Assembly (NCBI GenBank): GCA_002269645.1
Contig: NIVC01000096.1
Span: forward strand, 1-64,000
DNA from: Macrostomum lignano
Taxonomy: Eukaryota
Direction of reading: 5' to 3'
Length of the DNA: 64,000 nt
In this document: piece after piece, positions 53,225 to 64,000 of the stretch
Layout: every line of letters begins with the position of its first letter
Position numbering within the stretch: position 1 is the stretch's first letter
Made by a program: the position numbers and the translations under genes
Notes under the pieces: model-generated
What the model saw: only the letters and a program-made list of their open reading frames with translations
Told to the model about the DNA's origin: nothing
Databases searched by the model: none

Positions 53225-54220
53225 GCCACTCTGGGGAATCAGGGGTGTCACTCTGGGGGGAATCAGGGGCGTCACTCTGGGGGAATCAGGGGTGTCACTC
53301 TGGGGGAAAAGGGGCGCCACTCTGGGAGAATCAGGGGCGCCACTCTAAGGGAATCAGGGGTGCCACTCTGAGGGAATAGGGGCACCACTCTGGGAGAATC
53401 AGGGGCGCCACTCTGGGGGAATCAGGGGCGTCACTCTGGGTAAATCAGGGGCGCCACTCTGGGGGGAATCAGGGGTGCCACTCTGAGGGAATAGGGGCAC
53501 CACTCTGGGAGAATCAGGGGCGCCACTCTGGGGTATCAGGTGCGCCACTCTGGGAGAATCAGGGGCGAAACTCTGGGGTATCAGGTGCGCCACTCTGACT
53601 CTGAGGGAATCAGGGGCGCCACTCTGGGGGAATCAGGGGCACCACTCAGGGGAATCAGGGGCGCCACTCAGGGGAATCAGGGGCGCCACTCAGGGGAATT
53701 AGGGGCGCCACTCTGGTGGAATCAGGGGCGCCACTCTGGTGGAATCAGGGGCGCCACTCTGGGGGAATCAGGGGCGCCACTCTGGGGGAATCAGGGGCGC
53801 CACTCTGGTGGAATCAGGGGCGCCACTCTGGGGGAATCAGGGGCGCCACTCTGTGGGAATCAGGGGCGTCACTCTGGGGAAATCAGGGGCGCCACTCTGG
53901 GGGGATCAGGGGCGCCACTCTGGGGTATCAGGGGCGCCACTCTGACTCTGAGGGAATCAGAGGCGCCACTCTGGGGAATCAGGGGCGCCACTCAGGGGAA
54001 TCAGGGGCGCCACTCTGAGGGAATAGGGGCGCCACTCTGGGAGAATCAGGGGCGCCACTCTGGGGTATCAGGTGCGCCACTCTGGGAGAATCAGGGGCGA
54101 AACTCTGGGGTATCAGGTGCGCCACTCTGACTCTGAGGGAATCAGGGGCGCCACTCTGGTGGAATCAGGGGCGCCACTCTGGGGGAATCAGGGGCGCCAC
54201 TCTGTGGGAATCAGGGGCTC
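53225..54220. repeat. ~23-bp G-rich minisatellite
   Basis: Unit cgccactctgggggaatcagggg with two G4-5 runs per unit. Confidence 0.95.
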
Positions 54221-55196
54221 TTTTGTTCATTTATTTTTAAATACGGAAACCCTTTTTACCTAATCATATAACTACTTATATTTAGTTTCATAATCTCTTC
54301 TGAACCTCTCCTGTGTAAGTAGCTCTATTTGCCGCTCTACAATAAGCCACTGTTAATTCTCAACCCAGTAGCTAAACACCCCAAGAAGGTGCTATGGTTA
54401 CAGCATTATAGCTAATTGGTTACAGCATCATGCCATCTAACTGACGGTAAGTACAGTTTTGGTCAAAGCAAGTACAACATTTTACGAACATCTGCGTAGC
54501 CACGTGCGATCCCTTTCTTTCGTCTTCCTCCGTACATGTACTTCCATTCTCCCAGCCTGCTCCACTCTGTATCACCCCCAATTCCATTCCTGCTAGAAAT
54601 GTGCGCCTGTTTTGTGTACCTACTAAAGGGTGCAAGTACTTAGGACACGAACTTAGAGTTTTTCTCTCTGTGAAATAAATTTCTACCCCTATATTGCTCT
54701 CTCTCTCTGTGTGTGTCTCTGCAGAGGTCTCAGCAATATAAGCTCTTCTGTTAGTTAAATACGCTCTTAATTCAGTTCAATAATGAGTCAATCTTACTAT
54801 AGGATTAATCGATACAATTAAGAGCTGAATAGATTATTTTTAAAAATAATTTATAACCCTCGATTCTTTCTCAAACAGCGACCTTCGTAACCAGGTAAGT
54901 CTAAAGCAAGGTCGCTTGAAGTTTTAGGGTCAAAGTTTACTGTAGATAGATCAGATAAAATAATATTGGCCTGCTGTAACCATGCTGAAATAGCTTGAAA
55001 TGTATAAATTGAGATTCAGCCAGTTTTCAAAGTGCTTTTTCTCACATTTTTTTAAATCTGAGATTTCTCTTGGCGTTCACAGTTTGCGCCATAGAGCATA
55101 GAATTTGATTATTTACCGTTTCTTTTGAAGTGACTTACTCCACAGGTTACTGACAGACTTTCACGGCTTACCTGAACCACAGCATCAACCAACGAC

Positions 55197-55793
55197 ATGG
55201 CTAAGGTTGAGGAGAGACAGCTTAGCACGGAAGAGTTTGTGGTGAAAGTGAAAGATTTGCCCGCTTTCAAACAACTCAAGGAGAAAGTTGATGATATTGC
55301 TAAGAAGTGAGTTTTGTTGAGTTTCAGTTTTGTTATTAAATGCTTTTCAGTGTGTTGTTAATCTTATTGATGGATTATTTGGCTGATTAATTGTTTACTT
55401 GAATAATTTATTGATTAGTTGACTGATTGATTGATTGGTTTAGATTGATTGGTTGGTCAGTTGAGCTATTGATTGACTGATTGATTGATTGATTGCTTTA
55501 TTGCTTTATTGATTGATTGATTGATCGATTGAATCCGAAAATCAACATAATGTAGAATAAGTAACGACGCGTTTCGCACTCCTAGGTGCATCTTCAGGTT
55601 TATTTTTTCAACAACGAAATTAAACAGGTTTTGCGAAACGCGTCGTTACTTATTCCACATTATGTTGATTTTCGGATTCATTTTCCTTTTACTAGCCAAG
55701 CGAGCTACACTACCCGATTGATCGATTGGTTGATTGATTGCTTCATTGCTTTTTTGACTGATTGATTGATTATTGATGATTGATTGATTATTG

Positions 55794-55848
<55 letters not shown>

Positions 55849-55884
55849 CTTTACTGCTTTTTTGATTGATTGATTGATTGTTTG

Positions 55885-55943
<59 letters not shown>

Positions 55944-57177
55944 AGTTAATTGATTAATTGATTGGTTGATTGATTGGTTGATTAATTGATTGATTGATTG
56001 ATTAGTAGAAGTCGATACAGCAGGGTTCGATTCCCGACAAGGCCAAATTCATCTACGGCTTTTCATGCGAAAACTTGGCCTGAGGGTTGTCGAGCGATTT
56101 ACCACCCCTAGGCGCCAGCCCCCAAAGCACAGAGAGTGTACATTCCTGGCGATTAGAAAGTCAGGGCCGTTGTACACTCTTTTGTGTGCTAAAGTGCTAT
56201 TACAAAACCTACAAACCCCATCCATCTACAAACGCAAAATCTGCAGCGCAAGCTGGTTCGAAAAGTACGCCTGGGACAATGCCCACTTCCTGTCCGGCTG
56301 CGTCTTCTACGCGGCCGGCCTCGCCTTCCTGGCCAGCAGCGACTTTGGCCGCCTCCTGGTTGGCGGCTTCCTTGTTGGCCTCGGCCACTCGATCGTCACC
56401 GCCAAGATCATCCACCTGTCCGCCCACGGCGCCATGGGAGAGTCGGAGCTCTACAACAAATTCCTGTCCTGGTTTAGCGGCGACTTTGTCGGCCTGTTCC
56501 CAGCCGAGGCCGGCTTCGACATTCACATCCGTGAGCACCATCCGCACACCAACATCATCGGGCTGGGCGACTCGTCGACCTGGCGAATGCCGATGCTACC
56601 TGGCCCGGTCTACCTGTTCCTGGCACCGGTGCTCTTCCCGGCTGTTACGCCTCTGGTGGGCGCCTCGCTGCTGGTGAAGAAGCCACTGAAGCTTTTGGCC
56701 TTCTTGGTGTCAGCTGGCCTGGGACTGTACACCTTCGTGGCCATCATGGTGCACTGGTGCGGCTACACTCCACTGGGCGGCCTGGTCACCCTCATGCTGT
56801 GCCGCTCGCTGTTCAGCTTCTCCTACATCCACATCAACATCTTCCAGCACATCGGCCTGCCAATGTGGTCGCAGAGCAGCCGGCCTGCCCGCCTGTTCCA
56901 GATGGCATCCGGTGTGCTCAACTTGCACTCAAATCCTCTGCTGGACCTCGCGTTCGGACACTCCCTGATCAGCTGCCACGTGGAGCACCACCTGTTCCCG
57001 CGCCTGTCTGACTCCATGTGCCTGCGAGTGAAGCCGGCCGTTCGCAACTTCCTGCTGGCTAATAACCTGCCCTACAATGAAGATTATTACTACAACAGGT
57101 TGAAGATCTTCATGGTGGATTATGAGAAGTTGATGGTTAATGCGCCACCAATTTGGCACTATGTAGGCTTGCAGTAA
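55197..57177 (+). CDS. FADS6: Fatty acid desaturase 6-like (no cytochrome b5 domain), 2 coding exons
   Basis: Exon 55197-55306 (MAKVEE..DDIAK, phase 2) and exon 56247-57177. His boxes HLSAH, HIREHH and HVEHH. Long stretches as in vertebrate FADS6 (GLGDSSTWR, NIFQHIGLPM, FGHSLISCHVEHHLFPRLSD, LPYNED, MVNAPPI). Probable 5' UTR exon ending at ~54895 (ccag|gtaagt). Confidence 0.93.
55530..55680. mobile_element. 151-bp inverted-repeat element (~49-bp arms), probably Penelope-like pLTR-derived
   Basis: tgaatccgaaaatcaacataatgtagaataagtaacgacgcgtttcgca is mirrored at 55632-55680 with 1 mismatch; contains the hammerhead motif. Confidence 0.7.
55556..55606 (-). ncRNA. Minimal type I hammerhead ribozyme motif
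   Basis: Minus-strand RNA: AAUAAAC CUGAAGA U GCAC CUAGGA GUGC GAAA C GC G UC / GUUAC. It has the CUGANGA and GAAA core, a 4-bp helix II, palindromic helix III ACGCGU and a GUC cleavage triplet (cut between 55566 and 55565). Helix I is CAA/GUU plus a bulged extension. Confidence 0.7.
56020..56180 (+). mobile_element. Second tRNA-derived SINE family (copy 2), in the FADS6 intron
   Basis: B box gggttcgattcccg, followed by a body matching 23340-23445 (cagcccccaaagcacagagagtgtaca). Confidence 0.65.
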
Positions 57178-58199
57178 CTCTGTGGATTTTTTCCGACTCC
57201 ATTCTTGCAAACTTATTAACAGATTATTTAAAATATTGTAAACTACTGACAAGATTAGTAGTGCATCTGCGTTTTTATAGAGAAGTCTTGGGGGCAAAAC
57301 TGAAAGAATTTTTAATCTACCTTCGGTAGCGCGAAGTTAATCAGAAATAAGAAAAATATTTTAACCAACGCTCTTTCGAACCGTAATTGGCCTATTCGCT
57401 AATATTAGAACCTCAAATTAAGTACAGTCAATACTTTTATGTTCTTGTAACAGTAATATGGCATGAAGCTTGACGTACCGGTACACCCCTGACTTTGACT
57501 AATGAACTGTTAATCCAATTTAACTTTTTCATATCGAAGAGATTATCCAATAAACTATGATCTAAATAATTAACTATGAATGCTTTGCACTTTTCGAAAA
57601 CAATTACTCTTATTCAATCAAGTCGGCAGTTCATCTACGAGTATCCACCTCGTGTCGTCAGTCTGGTTTCCGACATCTGCAAGGATTTGCGATTTTTATC
57701 TCGTTAGTGGGAGTTTTTACCGGGTGTACTCCTGCGCAGGTGACTGCATGGTAACGGTCACGCCTTTATTTGACGTGTACCTTCGAAGAAGCGCTTTCTA
57801 GATAATGGAACGGTGGCCACAACGTCAGCTACCGCACTATACAGAGGTGGAAAAAGTCGAGAGGACGAGGCCTGGTGGCTGTATACCTTTCAGCGCCAAA
57901 GCCCAGGGGGTTGCACAGCTATTCTCGATGCAGGTTGGGTTACATGTACGTTAACATTATCAATTTGGAACTGAAAAGCTTGCAGATATTTTATCTCAAT
58001 AAATCAGCTGGGTCGGCAAACTCAGGCCCGCTTCGATGCTTCTCAAATACCGCCCTCGCGGGTACTCTGAAACTTCACAATAGAAATCCGCGCCCGCTCA
58101 AATTGTTTTTGATCACTTGAGCACGTGACTTTTCGCCTCCGACATCCACTCCAAAATTTCCCATCCGGCATTTCCCTACGCTGATCTGCAAAGCCTGCT

Positions 58200-58620
58200 G
58201 ATTAAGGAGACGGAAGCAACAAAATCTGAGACGGCATATACTCGGATCTGTACGCGTTCAATCACCGATCCAGCAGGATGACTTCGAAGACATCTCTGCT
58301 TACGTAAAAAGGAAGCGGCTAGGTGCGGAGAGCTGCGGCTTCACAAGCGCCCGACTTTGTGACAGCATTTGGGAACAATTCTTCGTCGGCCTGACCAACT
58401 AGGAAATTGTCAGAAAGTAACATGCTCACGGAGAAACTGCAGGATCTGACATGAGACAAAGTGACCACGCGGGGGCAGATCTCGGGAGGACGTCACGCCA
58501 GATCCTTCTTCGACGAGTGCTTTTGCTGCGTCAAAGAAAGGCACTCAAAGGACCAGCAGGACTAAGACAAGTCTTACAATGTGGTAAGTGTTGTGTACTC
58601 GTATTGCAAAATTGAGAATT
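58200..58620 (+). mobile_element. Decayed LTR-retrotransposon gag remnant
   Basis: QQDDFEDISAYVKR..AESCGF..DSIWEQFFVGLTN*EIVRK capsid-like motif, followed by a degenerate CCHC-like knuckle. Confidence 0.55.
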
Positions 58621-59227
58621 TTGGGGTCAATATTTCGAAAAGACAAAAATCTATTTTTGATCAGACAGACAAAGCCAATTTTTGTGACTTAACGCGGCTA
58701 GTTTTGCAGATCAATCGCCTGCTTTAATAGCTAATTTCCGTGATTGTGTGAACAAGTCCTGAGTGCTTGGGATTTAGCGTTGATTTGAATATTTATATTC
58801 GAACAATGCTGTTCTCATTCTATGTGGGACACTACCGAGAATGTGCGCCGATGCTCTCTTTCGTCAGCATCGCTTGGGTACCAATTTCGAATTGAATATT
58901 CGGAAAGCAGAATTGCTTGAGCAGTTGGCCGTCAGTCCTTTAAAAATCAAATCGAAGTTCACATAATCTGAATGCATCTGAATGCAGTTTAAGTGAGCTG
59001 ATTGGTTTGGCTTGTATTTATAGTGATGTTTAATAAACGGAAATTGGACCGGCTCATCGCCACTGGATCTGACAAAATTGTCCCACAAAAATAAGAGCTT
59101 AAAACAATGTAACAGAATTTAAAAGATAGTGTTGTTTAGTAAAATTTTCTCAGGTCGGCTAATCCACGAGCATCAGCCGATGTAGCTGACCAGTTGAGCA
59201 GCTGCTCGAAGTGAAGTTCCAGAGAAT

Positions 59228-60195
59228 TTATTCCTTAAAAATGAGAAGCTCGAAAGTTTTCATAGTCACGTTGAGTGTCAGCACGGTTCCCGAGTCGTAC
59301 AGGTAGTAGTATATGGCATCTTCTTTGGTGTCCGAGTACATCTTGTAGACTCCGTTCGGGTTGATGGCCGCGCAATATCCATACCACCAGCCGGCTGACT
59401 TCTCAGCAGCGCAGCTGCCAGTAATTTTCAGGTCATTGTCATATTCGTGTGTGCTGAATTGTTGGTTATTAGGCAAATATTCTGCTTCGGTTCGCTGTCC
59501 GACACTCGACCTGCTCACATCCAGCGGTCCCATCGAGCACCTGTACTTATCAGTCCCTGGGCCAACAGAGAACGGAGCATTCTCAGCCCAGTACCAGGTG
59601 CCGTTCCAGTCGCTGAACTCCCAACGGACTCTCCACACTCCAGTGGCGGTGAGCTGGTGGAGCTGCTCCAGTCCCATCCAGTAGTTGAGTCTCTCGCCCT
59701 GACCAAATCCGTTCACGTAGTCCCCCCAGTTCCGGTTGAAGCTGACGGAGCCGTCGACTCTGTGCTGGAACGTCGTCCAGCAGCTCAACGGCTCCTTGAA
59801 CTGAAATTAACAAGAGATGAAGTTTCGCATGAGAGCTCTGTTACAACTCGGCAGTATCCTGATCACTGAGCTGTGCTACTCACCCACAGCTTCACCAGGC
59901 CAGGGTCTCCCTCGTGCCGGCACTTTCGGCAGGCGTCCTTGCTGCCTCGGTGGCACACCAGCAGGGTGCAGTCACCCGACTCAGCGCTGAATGAGACAGC
60001 GTGAGCAGCTTCGGCTCTGCTCAGACAGTCGATCTTGCTGTCACTCTTGAGCACTCGCAGAACCCTGTACTCGGAGATGTCACCAGACTGCAGCTTCCAT
60101 TTCGAGAGGGAATTAGAAGAGTCAGCTGACTCAGCAATCACAGCTAAGGCGATTGCAAACACCCAACAGGTAAGCCGCAGGTTGTTGGGACTCAT
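59228..60195 (-). CDS. Secreted PAN/apple-like + fibrinogen-related domain (FReD) protein, 294 aa, 2 exons
   Basis: Exon 60195-59884 (signal peptide; SKIDCLS..AVSFS..SGDCTL) and exon 59800-59228 (WTTFQHRVDGSVSFNRNWGDYVNGFG, YWMGLEQLHQLT, FSTHEYDND, CA..GWWYGYC..NPNG). Phase 0 GT-AG intron 59883-59801. Confidence 0.9.
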
Positions 60196-62978
60196 TCTGG
60201 GACTTTATTGACGACTCTCAGAGCTCTATTGGGTGTCAATGTCGAGAGAATAGCAATATGTAGATCTTATGAGCTGGGTTCGCACCTCGCAAAAGAGTTT
60301 TCCCCAGCTAAACTGACTTGTATTTATACACACTAATGAATGCGATGCCTGCTTTAACTGAAAGCTTTTCACTGCGAATCTTCTGAATGCCGAATGTGTC
60401 GCATTGAAGCCCCCGACAAAGGCTTCCAAACTGGGACCGGTTGTTTCATTTCACTTTTTCTGCTCTGTCGCGCTTGTAAATTTCTGCAAAGAAATGCTTG
60501 CGCCACTGACGATGCTGTGGAGATTTTTGCAGCTATTATAAAAAATTGCTCATCCACGAGGCGTTTTGAAGCTGCGATGCTTTGAATTCATTTCCAGCTG
60601 CCAGACAAACAGGCAGCATGGTTCCAGCTCATTAGCTGTTTAGATAGAAGCTCCATTGTTGATCTGCATTGTGCAGTTCCGCTATTGTTTTCTTGCATGT
60701 CTTCTTTCACAGAAACAGAATTCAGCTCTTTTTGAATTGGGCTCGACACGCGTTTTCCTAGCTGTTAGAGAGGTTATCAGCCAGGGGATCTGGGAGACTG
60801 GCGGAGAGGACCAGGCAGAGGATCTGGGAGTGTGGCATTTGAGTCAGGCAGAGGATCTGGGAGTGTGGCGTGTGGGTCAGCCAGCTAGGGTCAATTGGCA
60901 GATCTGGGATCTGCATGGGAGGGTTAAGCGGGGAAAGAATAAGATAGGGGAGAACCAAGAGAAGGAGAAATAAGGAGAAATAGGAGAGATACTCGTAGAG
61001 AGTAGAGTAAAAGTCTAGAGAGGAGAGTAGAGTATAGAAAGTAGATCAAAGAGGGGAGTGAAACTCGATCTCATTCTCAACTTCTTAGTTTATTTTTTGT
61101 ACACTAAAACAAAGTATAATAAGTATAAACCTTTTAGTGAAAAAGCCTTTCTAATCATATGATTTATACAACTTTGCTTTTGTTTTTACTGCGCTATTAA
61201 GTTTTGTTTGTCTGTGGTAAGTTTTCTTAGATTCGGACTTTTCTTAGATTACGCAATAATGTGCCGTGGCATTTCCAGTCAGTGCCAAGAGGCGGCAGTT
61301 ATCGTCCAACAGTATTGACACACGCACGTTTTTATTTTGAATAATATTTTCGACATAAGCTTGAAAACTGGAAATAAATTTTAAGTAGGCCTGCGCCCTA
61401 CCAGAAAAAGCAAGTCAAGTCTACTATAATGCCTCGCCATTCGCCAGCTCGAGGTATGCATTAATTTATCATGCCATTAAGTTATTTCTTCTTAATCTTA
61501 GTGCTAGTATTTACCTTAGAGTACTATGAGCAGTATGGCTAAACTTCATAATATTATCTGTATTCTATAGCGAAAAGTATAGGGCCTAACAGTAAGTATT
61601 ATTAGGCCATTAATATTTATAAGATCTCTTTGACTTTAGTAAAACTAAATGGTAAGACTCTAATTAGGCCTTATTGGCCTAATATCATCCTATATGTTAT
61701 GCACTCTACTCTGAGATTTACTTCACAATGACTAATTCTTTTGCAATTTAATGAAACAAATGAAAACTTAATGAATTTGCTAAGACTAAAATATTTTTTT
61801 GCCCCATATATTCCTAATAATATAGGCTGGCAATGTCCTAGTTTCCCGCATTAAATTATTTTAGTTTAAAATGAGTAGGTCTTAAAGGAGTATTACATGG
61901 TGTAGTAATGTGTTAGCCAATACAGAAAGTTGCCAAAGCTTTTTTGGGTAGAGTCAACACCAGAGAAACTCATTGAAGTAGGATTCAAAAAGGTCGTCAC
62001 TGGTCTAACCTTTGTATCAACCATCAACAGTACCAGATTGCAGTGACTAATCTCAAGGTCATAGAGGTCAGTTGATGGCTAAAATTAGCAGGAAGTACAA
62101 TATTTGCAGGTGCTTAAGGTCGTCCAGCCATGATTTGCAATTGCATTAAAAATGACAAAAATCGGGTCAAAATAATTTAATACAGGAAACTAAGACATTG
62201 CCATATAGGCCCTACATGTATGATATATGCCAGACTTTGGTTAAGGTACTTTATAAAACCTTGATCAATGCTAAATGAATGTATTTTTTGTTTAAGCATT
62301 CAATTGAAACAAGAGCTTAAAGTGAAAACTAGAAAAAGTAAAAAAGTTAATAAGTAGACCCCCTTACCCCAAGTATTTATCATATATTATTGTTTCTAAA
62401 GTTGATTTCCATCAATTTTTATTTCAATTTTTATTTAGTAAAGTAGAAATTTTTTATTCTAATATTGAGAACATTTTTGCTATAGTTGAAAATTTATCTT
62501 ATTATTGATTTTCATCTTTTATAGAGGCCTAAAAGAAAAAGATAATAGTTGCAACATGAAATAATTAAAAACAAAAATAAAGCCACGTCTTGACCTTGGC
62601 TTAAGAACTTTTAATTAGAAAAATGAAGTATTAAAATTTATGTCAGGTTTAATAGAATAGCCTAAGCCTAATTGAATATATGTTATGGTATAGAATGCTT
62701 TTGGCAATATGCTCTTTTGGATTGCCTACTATTAGGCCCCTATGTTTTCTAAGCTAGGCCTAACCCAAGCTGAACTATATATCTCTCACTCCAAAATGCA
62801 TCTATTGATATTAAAATTTCAGTTCATAGAAAACAAAAAAAATTACAAAAATATTTTGAAAAATGTAAATATTAAAGCAAATTGTTTTCTTAGAAATGTA
62901 GATTTTAAAATGGCATAGAAAGTTTAATTTTTGTATACAAATTAAGAATAAAAGGAGGCCTTTGACAATAATAATATA

Positions 62979-63711
62979 AAGGGTATCCCAAAAGTTCCCA
63001 GAATCTTTGCTCTAGCTCCTCAGTACATTGACCATTTTTATGTTTTATATGTCAAATTAAAGATAATGTGTCAACAAAAAGTTGTCATTTGAATTTCCTT
63101 TCTATCTGGTTTTGGTTAAGAGTTACACTAGAAAATGTGAAGAAAGGTGAGTACTAATATTATACTACAACCTCAAATGTCTATGGTGTCCTTTTTCCAT
63201 TATCAATTTTTTGCAAAAGTGAACTTTGAATTTGTCAGAAAGATGTGGAAATGTCTATGGATCAAACCAGTGAAATTGCTGATCAGATCTGGTATGGTAC
63301 CAGCACTTTGCTTATTCCATACCAAGTGCTTGCTTTTTAAATTTAAACCTTTAGCCAAAAGCAAGCACTTGGTATAGAGTAAGCAAGTGCTGGTACTACA
63401 CCAGATCTGATCAGCAATTTCACTGGTTTGATCCATAGACATTTCCACATCTTTCTGACAAATTCAAAGTTCACTTTTGCAAAACAATTCATAATAGAAA
63501 AAGGACCACCATAGGCATTTGAGGTTGTACAACATTAGTGCTGACCTTCATTTGCATTTCCTGTGTAACTCTTGACCAAAACCAGATAGAAAAGAAATTC
63601 AAATGACAATTTTTTGTTAAAAATAATCTTTTGTTTGACATGTAAGACAAAAATTGGTCAAGGTACTGAAGAGCTAGAGCAAACATTCTGGGAACTTTTG
63701 GGACACCCCTC
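62979..63711. mobile_element. Foldback/MITE element, ~730-bp palindrome with Tc1/mariner-like ends
   Basis: Left aagggtatcccaaaagttcccagaa and right ttctgggaacttttgggacacccct. The arms pair along almost the whole length to a ~20-nt central loop at about 63335-63360. Confidence 0.8.
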
Positions 63712-64000
63712 ATGGATTACATTTGCCTTTATAGGCAAATATACAACTAGCAGCTCAGCTAGAGACCTAACTATTGTTTGATAAATCTAAAAACTGCTAA
63801 TAGCTGGCTGTTGTATTGAAACAGATACCCTTCAATTACCCCAGCTAATGCTAGCACCCGCTAGGTAAACAAAAGCAATTTAGAGTAAAGCATCTTGCTT
63901 GAGGACACTATAGGCATAGGGTCATTTCAAAAAATGGGGGGGAATACACATTGTCATGTATATATAAATGATATACATAAACATGCACTTTAGTTGTCTG

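Larger units (their letters stand above)
55420..56003. repeat. (TGAT)n microsatellite in the FADS6 intron
   Basis: Imperfect gatt repeats, interrupted by the 55530-55680 inverted repeat. Confidence 0.92.

Noticed and set aside
53540-54263. Gly-rich repeat ORFs
   Set aside because: Translations of the 23-bp G-rich minisatellite, with frequent frame-breaking unit-length variation.
54420-54635. 71-aa minus-strand ORF as an upstream exon of the HEAT gene
   Set aside because: No recognisable similarity, and a better in-phase first exon with ATG exists at 52813-52767.

Overview
This is intron-containing eukaryotic (animal) DNA, not prokaryotic. GT-AG spliced genes are separated by large minisatellites and decayed transposons. 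The repeat-filled introns, RTE-LINE fragments and lectin/FReD genes remind me of a free-living flatworm such as Macrostomum, but that is an inference. Seven spliced genes could be reconstructed by hand: (1) a furin/PCSK5-6-like proprotein convertase (-, 13805 to ~678) whose Cys-rich tail has three apparent -1 frameshifts; (2) a divergent rhodopsin-class peptide GPCR (-); (3) a secreted protein with five F-type lectin domains plus a WSC domain (+), with a decayed Gmr1-like LTR retrotransposon (integrase before RT) in one intron; (4) an NPC2/ML-domain protein (-); (5) a 140-aa HEAT-like-repeat protein with a CPC motif (-); (6) a FADS6-type desaturase (+), whose intron holds a minimal type I hammerhead ribozyme motif inside an inverted repeat; (7) a PAN-like + fibrinogen-related domain protein (-). 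Mobile elements include a two-gene PIF/Harbinger transposon, two tRNA-derived SINE families (one with a CORE-like motif), a solo LTR with TSD, several MITE/foldback elements and LINE remnants. Most long ORFs in the ORF track are translation artefacts of tandem repeats. No CRISPR array, rRNA or convincing tRNA gene was found. All coordinates were read by eye; exon boundaries were checked for phase, while repeat and remnant limits are approximate.
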